The notes under the pieces: model-generated
The model's input: only the letters and a program-made list of their open reading frames with translations
What the model was told of the DNA's origin: nothing
Database searches by the model: none
Shown: in pieces, positions 31,601-39,174 of the stretch
Layout: every line of letters starts with the position of its first letter
Position numbering within the stretch: the stretch's first letter is position 1
Made by a program: the position numbers and the translations under genes
Origin: Bacteroidia bacterium
Lineage (GTDB): Bacteria > Bacteroidota > Bacteroidia > NS11-12g > UBA9320
Length of the DNA: 64,000 nucleotides
Assembly: GCA_965216465.1 (NCBI GenBank)
Contig: CBDCFW010000006.1
Span: 256,001-320,000, forward strand
Direction of reading: 5' to 3'

Positions 31601-31622
31601 TCAAGTTGAACTGATAAGATAA
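25677..31622 (+). CDS. Giant multi-PKD surface protein with T9SS type-B C-terminal domain
   Basis: Signal peptide from ATG 25677; WNFGDP, WDFGDG and WGDG PKD motifs; PYNVFTPN...IFNRWGE...GTYFY...VELIR. Confidence 0.88.
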   Translation: MKKSLFKGLLMFGSLLLLSAMSYQASAQCSAVVVDKSGNEVTSATFCENEPIQFLAKSPGYTTTILWEYDVVGGGDQNATQKDNQYAYSTAGTYTARFSGTGPAGNCSNDIEIIIEPSPVINLLLTTPDVQCFEGNEFCFVDSCIATTGSTIDSVITIFSDGHKEVTFAEGDSFCYSIIDPSGGFFDAVVQAEDANGCITKETLKDFFYVNPKLGVQFNNISPGPNPGCDSTLGRFLNTSLIPFSDVKRFCWVWGDGTEICGDQTTNSDWWMGPDGDGIVEHMYRLHGTFDGKLVVESTYDCIDSFVWTSAVTNFVIDPVILSDKDSSCTPDNPVTFWLKDGFPSGTSSFLWNFGDPPSGPANIDFRNTAPSHSYGSGQWMITLNIVAGPCDVTVYDTIFKIGPGSTIEVMFDRVPQWETYQCLITDSVHFPNNSSFYHNDPTSVDEDSIVYYGDYSFGLWFDGSVGKDSIQFREWEEDKLGNHVQSTENFAATDTLYRLGFKVYLDTGKDSLAVVSSSGDTTYSGRVPDDIHWVNPRRRYVFNWQVTDKSGAGAGDQTAIPPAVSLRGYDPHVWRVWDMGDRFAPQCTTDSRPWVNKNVGINCNWRIDSVPVHWYTPWDEVYREFNDGRNYTRPFAQTRLFKRTSSNPDTFCYQVNVYPANEMIVAEKRIYTIPVDSTYFEYIYDDNSNIVDSIVANPGGKEHSFYANDIKYIIRRPPSCFVGTIVEHFPDSGWYRAINVGNDTTYHNDYRLGLNPVPLIGNGTTQWTVSYYDMEFQLPAGVSMDIMKLNAPGGGGAGAGTTRTVTGPSTLTVEADEQFILYAGDTLKTNFTIEIVDADTTYAQPSFYYETDVIFGIPTTVQKSAVFVDSAAHREDYFLENANCYTVTLWHQDTVHPLMCESEGTKSLALTPPSAKGMEWSDGTPCPLDGDNLEYYLEFDFGDAKPGCTQSWFAVNFDSIADPTNFIASNSGGIFPPPAPPLIPIHAMPYDMVGNWPNRIIKGYTAGEIGNDPTLRNPVGSFTIGLIMGNGEPYSEIIYDIDPVTGDTALNPDGSYVALDTIDYPAQCLDTFWYNDLFRILYLNADFTILRPDHIPTATNDPHTMCAGDTAWFRINDPIQDSISVLRWAWGYQGAGRGPNLDIYIERFHYYKKYEGPSPQRNDKDVVWNGEDWLYNYVVRESLTDFFGLVEIDTIVTSIIKDWRVVVNTTTLAAKREVEDRFETAGLIYAEIPPEERIFYLGTPGCVDTTGLSQFFTFGIKPYSSRAEAPTVYMNGDRRYRTDTTVFPAQEIEVAHILHFRDSSIQGFDTVMLDTNFDGTLDEIAGVWTKAYKYPELYAPDPCFPNVKDTIWRNSNGPMVPTLYLNNTVGCEKRGAGLLNVGFLNDFWVDNENICKGLTIRLSDSIRYWQYGEMDPPTYPIWQVDYWHDPVRYLANKEIFEADWDSTDGVWDGERSLTLNHFYPESGEYTITVVPTDSMGCTDTVYLKVNITDVIPNFTLSSGFLNCVTFVDFLDSTMLDDPCHDRGCGNDNDSCDQIVAWEWDFGDGTRKSLLQNPSHNYTQGGWFDVRLTVWTQLGCVDSITKRIFIPGPQPEFEFDHDIWNLQDSAVICVGDSILLINRSGGEKIAPTYQMIWGDGNITSFSTDTSHFGHIYDSVGTFELYLIQFDEIPGTNERCSRIFPDTNPDLVNQRKIKVVVLPRAPADMTISDTVVCPNELVTFTANVDTLYTRYIWDFGDQDTITKFKPDSVVTHAYATSGRYQVKLIPDYTPPEFIPTCPDTAYGFVNVVDVTAAFDIDSSKRPEFCFINTSEGGTTFDWTFDDEPGFEDEQLGLAFEDRPCHNYSNRKGTYEVCLIATSAEGCKDTFCDLVTNSYIKVIIPYNVFTPNTAGKDDKADNLNAEFIVEGEGFEEYNIKIFNRWGERVFESNDVNISWNGKVNNDGAECPGGTYFYIINYKFLFEEVNQGLGPIEGQVELIR

Positions 31623-31638
31623 TAATTATCGAAAGCCT

Positions 31639-31671
31639 AAAAAAACCCTCGCAATGCGAGGGTTTTTTTTT
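31639..31671 (+). terminator. Intrinsic terminator
   Basis: CCCTCGC-AAT-GCGAGGG flanked by A and T runs. Confidence 0.85.
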
Positions 31672-31683
31672 GTCAATAAAGAA

Positions 31684-31691
31684 TACATTTG
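31684..31691 (+). promoter_or_regulatory. -7 promoter element TACATTTG upstream of the SAM riboswitch
   Basis: Exact TAnnTTTG match 5 nt before P1 of the riboswitch. Confidence 0.65.
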
Positions 31692-31696
31692 TAGTG

Positions 31697-31793
31697 CTTA
31701 TTAAGAAAGATGGAGGGAATAGGCCCTAAGAAATCTTGGCAACCTGTTAAACAACAAGGTGCCACATCCTAGTCATTCAATGATACAGATAAG
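31697..31793 (+). ncRNA. SAM riboswitch (SAM-I superfamily)
   Basis: P1 CTTATT...GATAAG; GGAGGGAATAGGCCC P2; GGCAACC...GGTGCC core; located upstream of metH. Confidence 0.88.
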
Positions 31794-31819
31794 ACTCTTG
31801 CCTAAACTCCTACGATAAC

Positions 31820-34471
31820 ATGTCAACATCGATTAAAAATTATCTCAGATTAAGTGGGCTAGAACCGATGGTTCAAACCGATGAATCTAACTTTATCAAT
31901 ATTGGGGAGAGAACCAATGTTACGGGGTCCAAACGCTTTGCTCGACTCATTTTAAATGATCAATACGATGAAGCTCTCGCTGTTGCGCGACAACAGGTTG
32001 AAAACGGTGCACAAATTATTGACGTTAACATGGATGAAGGTATGCTCGACGGCAAAAAAGCCATGACACACTTTCTTAATTTGATTGCTTCTGAACCGGA
32101 TATTTCAAAAGTCCCGGTAATGATTGATTCTAGTAAATGGGAAATCATCGAAGCAGGTTTAAAAGTGCTGCAAGGAAAAGGCATTGTAAATTCGATTAGC
32201 CTTAAAGATGGTGAAGCCAAGTTTATCGAACGCGCAAAAACGATCAAACGCTTTGGGGCCGCCACCGTGGTAATGGCTTTTGATGAAGCTGGACAAGCGG
32301 ATAACTTGCAAAAACGTATTGACATTTGTGCAAGAAGCTACAAGATTCTTACCGAGGTTGTGAATTTCCCGGCTCAAGACATCATCTTCGATCCCAACAT
32401 TTTAACCGTTGCTACAGGAATTGAAGAACATAACAATTATGCGGTTGATTTTATAGAAGCAACAAGGTGGATCAAAGCCAACCTTCCGCAAGCCAAGGTT
32501 AGTGGTGGTGTGAGCAATATTTCATTTAGCTTTAGAGGTAATAATGTTGTACGTGAAGCCATGCACTCTGCTTTTCTTTATCATGCCATTCGAGCTGGCT
32601 TAGACATGGGAATCGTAAACGCTGGAATGATTGAAGTTTACGAAGAAATTCCAAAAGACTTGCTCGAGCGTATTGAAGATGTTCTTCTGAATAGAAGACC
32701 CGACGCAACCGAAAGGCTGGTAGATTTTGCTGAATCGGTAAAAGGCGATGGCAAAAAAATAGTTCAAGATCTATCCTGGAGAGAACAACCGGTTGACGAA
32801 AGATTGAAACATGCTCTTGTTAAAGGCATCACTGAGTATATTGATGAAGACACCGAAGAAGCTCGGCAACAATTCAACAAACCTTTAGAAGTAATTGAAG
32901 GCCCCTTAATGTCAGGAATGAATGTGGTAGGTGACTTGTTTGGAAGCGGTAAGATGTTTTTACCTCAGGTTGTAAAAAGTGCACGGGTGATGAAAAAATC
33001 AGTGGCTTATTTACAACCGTACTTAGAAGCAGAGAAAACTGAAGGAGCTTCGCAGGGAAAAATATTGCTAGCGACTGTAAAAGGTGATGTTCATGATATC
33101 GGGAAAAACATTGTAGGCGTTGTGCTGGCCTGTAATAATTATGAAATTATTGATTTGGGTGTGATGGTTCCAACCCAAAATATCTTAGATCAGGCCTTAA
33201 AACATAAGGCAGATATTATCGGCTTAAGCGGACTAATTACCCCGAGCTTAGATGAGATGGTTGATGTAGCTACCGAAATGGAGAGACAAGGTTATTCTCT
33301 GCCAGTTCTAATTGGAGGAGCGACTACATCTCGAATTCACACTGCGGTAAAGATTGCTCCTAAGTACAGCGGTCCTGTGGTTCATGTTTTAGATGCATCT
33401 CGCTCAGTACCAGTTGCAGGTCAACTTCTCGGACAAAACAGAAATGAGTTTGCAGCTGCTATAAAGAAAGAATATCTGGAAGCACAGGAACAACACGCTG
33501 CGAGACAGCAAACAAAGCAGATCCTTCCATTTTCTGAAGCTATTAAGAATAGGACTACCCTAGATTGGGAAAATTATGTTCCTCCTACCCCATCAAAACC
33601 TGGAATTCATCTTTTTGAAGATATCGACTTAAACAAAATAATTCCTTTTATCGATTGGACCCCATTCTTTCAAACTTGGGAATTAAAAGGCCGATACCCC
33701 AACATACTTAAAGATCCTGTAGTTGGCAATGAAGCGACAAAACTCTTTAACGATGCCCAAGCAATGCTCCAAAACATTGCAGCGAATGAATTGCTAAAAG
33801 CAAAAGCCGTTGTTGGAATATTTGAAGCACATGAGAAAGATGGAGATGTAGTTCTTCCTCAAGAAAATGTAACTTTCAACTTCTTGCGTCAGCAACGAAA
33901 AATGGGAAATAACATTCCTAATCTTTCTTTAGCTGATTATATTCAGCCAATTGACCATAACAAGAAAGACTACATTGGTGCCTTTGCAGTTACGGCTGGT
34001 TTAGGTATCGAAACGTTGATTGAGCAATACGAAAAAGACCACGATGATTATAACATTATTATGGTTAAAGCTTTAGCTGATAGACTTGCAGAAGCTCTGG
34101 CTGAAAAAATGCATGCAAAAGTGCGAACTGAGTTGTGGGGTTATAACAAAGATGAGCTAAGCAATGACGAATTAATTAGAGAAAAATATCAAGGAATTCG
34201 TCCTGCAGCTGGATATCCCGCTTGCCCAGACCATACGGAGAAAGATAAAATTTGGAAACTTTTAGACGTTGAAACTTCAACCGGAATTTCACTGACTGAA
34301 AGCTACGCCATGTACCCAACCGCCTCGGTTTCTGGATTATACTTTAGTCATCCTGAAAGTAAATACTTCGCAGTTGGAAAGATTGAAGAAGATCAATTGA
34401 AAGTTTATTCAGAACGAAAAGGAGACTCATTAGAGGCCACTAAAAAGTGGTTATCTCCGAACCTTTTTTAA
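31820..34471 (+). CDS. metH: B12-dependent methionine synthase, pterin/cobalamin/activation portion (split MetH)
   Basis: Begins LRLSGLEP...[10 protein letters not shown]; [14 protein letters not shown]; [11 protein letters not shown]; [12 protein letters not shown]; no homocysteine-binding domain. Confidence 0.93.
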   Translation: MSTSIKNYLRLSGLEPMVQTDESNFINIGERTNVTGSKRFARLILNDQYDEALAVARQQVENGAQIIDVNMDEGMLDGKKAMTHFLNLIASEPDISKVPVMIDSSKWEIIEAGLKVLQGKGIVNSISLKDGEAKFIERAKTIKRFGAATVVMAFDEAGQADNLQKRIDICARSYKILTEVVNFPAQDIIFDPNILTVATGIEEHNNYAVDFIEATRWIKANLPQAKVSGGVSNISFSFRGNNVVREAMHSAFLYHAIRAGLDMGIVNAGMIEVYEEIPKDLLERIEDVLLNRRPDATERLVDFAESVKGDGKKIVQDLSWREQPVDERLKHALVKGITEYIDEDTEEARQQFNKPLEVIEGPLMSGMNVVGDLFGSGKMFLPQVVKSARVMKKSVAYLQPYLEAEKTEGASQGKILLATVKGDVHDIGKNIVGVVLACNNYEIIDLGVMVPTQNILDQALKHKADIIGLSGLITPSLDEMVDVATEMERQGYSLPVLIGGATTSRIHTAVKIAPKYSGPVVHVLDASRSVPVAGQLLGQNRNEFAAAIKKEYLEAQEQHAARQQTKQILPFSEAIKNRTTLDWENYVPPTPSKPGIHLFEDIDLNKIIPFIDWTPFFQTWELKGRYPNILKDPVVGNEATKLFNDAQAMLQNIAANELLKAKAVVGIFEAHEKDGDVVLPQENVTFNFLRQQRKMGNNIPNLSLADYIQPIDHNKKDYIGAFAVTAGLGIETLIEQYEKDHDDYNIIMVKALADRLAEALAEKMHAKVRTELWGYNKDELSNDELIREKYQGIRPAAGYPACPDHTEKDKIWKLLDVETSTGISLTESYAMYPTASVSGLYFSHPESKYFAVGKIEEDQLKVYSERKGDSLEATKKWLSPNLF

Positions 34472-34488
34472 TTTTTTAAAAAATTGAT

Positions 34489-34515
34489 GCAACCCTTTTG
34501 ATTTTAGTCAGACTA
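34489..34515 (+). promoter_or_regulatory. Putative ECF-sigma promoter GCAACC-N16-GACTA
   Basis: Same -35 hexamer as at 23777, 19 nt upstream of the 34535 start. Confidence 0.5.
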
Positions 34516-34534
34516 ATGACTAAAGATAAAAATT

Positions 34535-34930
34535 ATGAGAGGATTGAAATCAATTAAACTAGTAGTTCTTGGGCTAATTATAGCCTTAGGTATGACCAGT
34601 ATGAGTTCAGGAAGCTGGAGTCATTTAGGATCAAGAAAAGTAAATTATGGATTAGACCATGACCGAATTATGGTAACAGCCAAGGATGGCTATTTCACTA
34701 AACTAAAACTCAATGTTAATGGAAGTCTTACCCTTCACAAAGCTCGTGTTAACTTTCGAAATGGCACATCGCAATCATTAAATGTTGCTCATAATTTTAA
34801 TAAGGGAAGAGACAGCAGAGTACTTGACCTTAATGGAGGTAAAAGAATTATTCAATCTGTAGATTTTTGGTACGACACTAAAAATAGAGCAAGACACAAA
34901 GCTACAATACACTTATATGGAAGGCATTAG
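34535..34930 (+). CDS. Small exported protein (DUF2541/YaaI-like)
   Basis: Signal peptide; WSHLGSRKVNYGLDHD.I, SRVLDLNGGKRIIQ.V.FWY. Confidence 0.65.
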   Translation: MRGLKSIKLVVLGLIIALGMTSMSSGSWSHLGSRKVNYGLDHDRIMVTAKDGYFTKLKLNVNGSLTLHKARVNFRNGTSQSLNVAHNFNKGRDSRVLDLNGGKRIIQSVDFWYDTKNRARHKATIHLYGRH

Positions 34931-34966
34931 CCAATTGATGAAAATTACTGGCTATTAATTAAACCC

Positions 34967-35002
34967 AACATCCATTGTTCTACTTGCAATGGATGTTTTT
35001 TT
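34967..35002 (+). terminator. Intrinsic terminator
   Basis: AACATCCATTG...CAATGGATGTT plus T run. Confidence 0.75.
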
Positions 35003-35082
35003 ATAAGGATGAGTTATATCTATATCTACAAATCATTTATGATTAAACCATTTAGGAATGCATCTTTGCCTCAACGTAACTC

Positions 35083-36187
35083 ATGAATATTGGAATTATT
35101 TGTTATCCCACTTTTGGGGGAAGTGGTGTAATCGCAACAGAACTAGGCAAAGCTCTTGCCGATAAAGGTCATCAAGTTCATTTTATCTCATACGAGCAAC
35201 CTGTTCGCCTTGATGCATTTACCGAAAATCTGTTCTACCACGAAGTGCGATTCAACGATTATCCATTATTCAAATATCCTCCTTACGAAACAGCCTTAAC
35301 AAGCAAAATTGTTGACATCGTTAAATCTTGTAATTTGGATGTTCTTCATGTTCATTACGCCATCCCACATGCTGCGGCAGCAGTAATGGCCAAGTATATT
35401 CTAAAGAGAGAGGGTATTGACATTAAAATTGTTACTACACTGCATGGAACTGACATAACGTTAGTTGGCCGAGACAGTTCATATGAACCAGTTGTAAGTT
35501 ATTCGCTTCATGAAAGTGATGTGGTAACAGCAGTATCGGAGAGCTTAAAGCAAGATACGTATAAGCACTTCAGTTACAACGAAGAGATTCAAGTTGTTCC
35601 TAACTTCATCGACTTTAATCGTTTCAATAAGATGCCTAAAGACCACTTCAAACAAGTGATAGCACCGAACGGCGAAAAGATTCTTGTACATACGAGCAAC
35701 TTCAGAAAAGTGAAGCGTGTTCCCGATGTTGTTGAAGTCTATAAAAAGATCAAAGCTGAAAAAGATGTTAAGCTCATTTTAATTGGTGACGGCCCTGAGC
35801 GTATGCATGTTGAAGAGCAATGTAGAAACTGTGACGTTTGTCAGGATGTAACATTCCTAGGTAAACAAGAAGCCGTCGAAGAGATTCTATCAATTGCAGA
35901 TCTTTTTATTATTCCTTCAGAAACTGAAAGTTTTGGTTTAGCCGCACTTGAAGCTATGGCCTGTGAGGTTCCGGTAATCTCTACAAACACTGGAGGACTT
36001 CCTGAAGTAAATATTGATGGGGTCACTGGTTTTACCAGCGATGTTGGAGACATCGATAAAATGACACAAGATGCCATGCATATCCTGAAAGACGAAAATC
36101 TTGACCAGTTTAAAAAAACAGGCTAAAGAACATTCGTTGAAATACAAATTGAAGAATATTCTTCCTTTGTACGAGGCATTATACTAA
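35083..36187 (+). CDS. bshA: N-acetyl-alpha-D-glucosaminyl L-malate synthase, frameshifted near the 3' end (in-frame stop at 36126)
   Basis: IGIICYPTFGGSGVIATELG, HVHYAIPHA, TTLHGTDITLVG, ESFGLAALEAM; the expected tail continues in the +1 frame after the A7 run at 36112-36118. Confidence 0.88.
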
Positions 36188-36215
36188 TGAGGCTTCATTA
36201 GTAGTTTATAATTAG

Positions 36216-36731
36216 GTGAGGTTTTTTATTCTTGGATATCTATGTTTACTTGGAGCTCTTTCTTGGGCTCAAGTTGATACAATTTCATCTACCTCTAGGA
36301 TAAAAGACAAGAAAACTGCAAAACTCTGCGAAAACCTTAAACTACCCTACTACCACGAGGCAAACCACGATCTTCTTCGCTTTATCAAAGAGTGGCAAGG
36401 AGTAAAATATTGCTATGGAGGAAGCACGAAAAAATGTACCGATTGTTCCGGATTTACTGATAATGTATACCTCGATGTATACAAAAAAACTTTGCCCAGA
36501 GTATCTCGAGACATCTACTCCAAGTGCATCCCAATAAGAAAGTATGCTTTATACGAAGGAGACTTGGTCTTCTTTGCTACCTCCGGTGATAATACTATAA
36601 GCCATGTTGGAATTTATTTATGGGATGGTTATTTTGTACACGCCTCAACAAGCAAAGGTGTTACAATTAGCAACCTAAGAAACTCCTATTACATGAAGAC
36701 TTTTGTGAGCGGTGGTGCTTGGATTGATTGA
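36216..36731 (+). CDS. NlpC/P60 (C40) peptidase
   Basis: Y.YGG...DCSGF, GDLVFF, SHVGIY, FVHAS. Confidence 0.9.
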   Translation: MRFFILGYLCLLGALSWAQVDTISSTSRIKDKKTAKLCENLKLPYYHEANHDLLRFIKEWQGVKYCYGGSTKKCTDCSGFTDNVYLDVYKKTLPRVSRDIYSKCIPIRKYALYEGDLVFFATSGDNTISHVGIYLWDGYFVHASTSKGVTISNLRNSYYMKTFVSGGAWID

Positions 36732-36732
36732 G

Positions 36733-37281
36733 CTATTTTTCAATCGTAAAGGTAGCATCGGCATTTGCATCGAGTGCAAAACCCAGCTGCTCAAAATTGA
36801 GTTTTTCTGTAAAATTACCCGAAAAAACAATCTTTGAATCACTGCTCGAAATGATTGTAACGTTATTCCCGTTGTCATCTTTCAAAGAAATTTGACCATT
36901 TGATTCTGTCCAAGTACCAGTCGATGTACGCTTTTCGACAGGCATATCCTGTTGTTGAGTTTGAAAGCCTAAATCAATATCAACTGCTGCTGTGAATTGT
37001 AACTCTGTAGAGTATACATTGGGGTTTTCAGAAATTACTACCTCTCCGACAATGTTTTTACCGTTACCTGTAAATGAACCAACCTCTTGTCCTTGAAGCG
37101 TAAGTTTTCCATCACTCAAGTCAATTTTGGTATAATCCCATGTTCCAACAAATGCACTTGGCTTCTCCTCGTTTCCGTCTCCAACTTCTGTTTTATCTTT
37201 TTTAGTTGGAACCAAAGGCTTCTTGCAACTAAGGGTTCCAATTATCAAAAGGCTTAATGAGATGTAGACCAGTTTTTTCAT
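36733..37281 (-). CDS. Lipoprotein with lipocalin-like fold
   Basis: Lipobox TLS-C, FVGTWDY, TGTW. Confidence 0.65.
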   Translation of the reverse strand: MKKLVYISLSLLIIGTLSCKKPLVPTKKDKTEVGDGNEEKPSAFVGTWDYTKIDLSDGKLTLQGQEVGSFTGNGKNIVGEVVISENPNVYSTELQFTAAVDIDLGFQTQQQDMPVEKRTSTGTWTESNGQISLKDDNGNNVTIISSSDSKIVFSGNFTEKLNFEQLGFALDANADATFTIEK

Positions 37282-37309
37282 GATGTATAGACTTGCAAGA
37301 TACTATTTT

Positions 37310-38032
37310 TTATGCATTCCATATGTTCCAGCTTCGATCAGCTTGAATTTGAAGCATTTTTAACCCATTTATGACTTTTGCACCTCTTTCTTTGGCCCTT
37401 TTCATAAATACAGTCTCTTCTGGATTGTAGATTAGATCAAAGCAAAAATGATTGTCAGTTATTCCTGAAAAAGGGATGTCAACACAACCATCAATATTAG
37501 GGTGCATACCTAAAGGTGTAGTATTGATCAAAAGCTGATGATCTTCTATTAATTCTTTCGTAAGTTCACTGTAGGTCAGTCCTTTTTTTGAATCTCTTGA
37601 TACTAGCTCATACCTAATTCCAATCTTATTCAGACCAAATTTCACAGCGCGACTACTTCCTCCAGTACCAAATATTAGAGCTTTTGTACTTCTAGTTATG
37701 TGCTGTGATATACAGGCTATAAAACCCATAACATCGGTATTATATCCCAAGAGCTTGTCACCGACTACCTTCACCACATTAACTGCATTCATTTGAACTG
37801 CAGTTTGATTTATACCATCTAGATGCTTAATAATCTCTTGTTTATGTGGTATAGTGACATTAAATCCGCTTAGGTTATTCGATTGTACTACTTCTCTAAT
37901 TTTAGAAAGATCTTTAACTTCTATTGCATCATAATTAGCATCGGCAATATCATCATTTCTAAATTTTTCACTGTAATAAGAGGGTGAAAATGAATGTTGA
38001 ATTGGACTACCAATTACTGCAAAATTTCTCAT
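37310..38032 (-). CDS. aroE: Shikimate dehydrogenase
   Basis: IGSPIQHSFSP, GFNVTIPHK, GYNTD, NTTPLGM, DLIYNP. Confidence 0.93.
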   Translation of the reverse strand: MRNFAVIGSPIQHSFSPSYYSEKFRNDDIADANYDAIEVKDLSKIREVVQSNNLSGFNVTIPHKQEIIKHLDGINQTAVQMNAVNVVKVVGDKLLGYNTDVMGFIACISQHITRSTKALIFGTGGSSRAVKFGLNKIGIRYELVSRDSKKGLTYSELTKELIEDHQLLINTTPLGMHPNIDGCVDIPFSGITDNHFCFDLIYNPEETVFMKRAKERGAKVINGLKMLQIQADRSWNIWNA

Positions 38033-38985
38033 GATTGTTTTGGGCTGAAACGATCCATGAGATAAACCAATGTTCCTGCAACAACCATAATTACAATGGC
38101 TTGCACCAAATAAGGTTCATTACCGTACAACAGGTTATTTTGAAGTTCTGAAAAAGTATCTGGCATTACGCTTTGAGAAAACTTGATCACTTCTTCGCCC
38201 TTACTATTTGTTCTTGTTTCTAATACTTCTTGCCAAGGCCAAACCTTATTTAGTGAACCTATTAAAAATCCTGTGAGCAAGGCTAAAGTTTGATTAGGAA
38301 AGCGTTTAAATGTATAACTCAGCACACGGGCAAAACTGAAAAGGCCTACAACCAATCCAAGTCCAAAGACAGCAAGCAAAGTAAATTCTGGGCCAAATGG
38401 ATGGTCTAGAAATGCATCAATTGCTGGCATAATGATCGTATACATACCCATAAGAAGCAGAATAAAGCTACCAGACAATCCAGGCAACATCAATGCTGAT
38501 ACACCAACGACCCCTGCTACAAATACCATTATGAGATTCTCACTTCCTTGAGATGATCCTGCCACTGTAATCCAGTAAACCAGACCAGTGCCTATTATCA
38601 ATAATAAAATCTCGGTAAAACTCCATTTCTTTACTTGTTTGCCTACAACTGGAATTGAAATCAGGATCAACCCAAAGAAAAAGCTCCAAATGTGAATAGG
38701 ATGCGTTTCAAGCAACCGCACAACAACTTTCAAACCCACTACAAAACCAAGAACCATCCCTCCAAATAGTTTTACTAAAAAGGCACCATCAACTGCCTTG
38801 AAAACAGCCTTCACTCCTCCTTCTTTAAAGGTAGAGTACAAGCTTGGATTAAAAGACTTAATTGAATTAAGAAGTCGCTCGTAGATTCCTGTAATAAAAG
38901 CTATTGTTCCTCCTGAAACACCAGGAATAACTTCTGCTACTCCCATGGCTGCTCCTTTGAGTACGGTAAGAATACTGTTCTTCAT
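38029..38985 (-). CDS. DUF368 membrane protein
   Basis: KGAAMGVAEVIPGVSGGTIAFITGIYE, MLPGLSGS, GSLNKVWPW. Confidence 0.9.
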   Translation of the reverse strand: MKNSILTVLKGAAMGVAEVIPGVSGGTIAFITGIYERLLNSIKSFNPSLYSTFKEGGVKAVFKAVDGAFLVKLFGGMVLGFVVGLKVVVRLLETHPIHIWSFFFGLILISIPVVGKQVKKWSFTEILLLIIGTGLVYWITVAGSSQGSENLIMVFVAGVVGVSALMLPGLSGSFILLLMGMYTIIMPAIDAFLDHPFGPEFTLLAVFGLGLVVGLFSFARVLSYTFKRFPNQTLALLTGFLIGSLNKVWPWQEVLETRTNSKGEEVIKFSQSVMPDTFSELQNNLLYGNEPYLVQAIVIMVVAGTLVYLMDRFSPKQS

Positions 38986-39042
38986 AAAAATTTGAACAAA
39001 TGTACTAACTCAAGCCAAGTATCGTTTTACCTTTGTCTAGAA

Positions 39043-39174
39043 ATGAAGAAATTCTTTGCCATAATATTATTAGGTGCCGCAATGGTTATGCTATTCGATA
39101 GCTGCAAAACAAAGCGATACCGCTATAAAGGCCCTTCTAAAAACTGCGACTGCCCAAACGGTCAATTTAATTAA
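39043..39174 (+). CDS. Tiny basic lipoprotein (43 aa)
   Basis: MKKFF...LFDS-C lipobox, C-terminal CDCP; TACCTTTG at 39028-39035. Confidence 0.6.
   Translation: MKKFFAIILLGAAMVMLFDSCKTKRYRYKGPSKNCDCPNGQFN

Noticed and set aside
35083-36187. Bacillithiol gene in a Gram-negative organism as a novelty
   Set aside because: bshA homologues are already known to be widespread in Bacteroidota.
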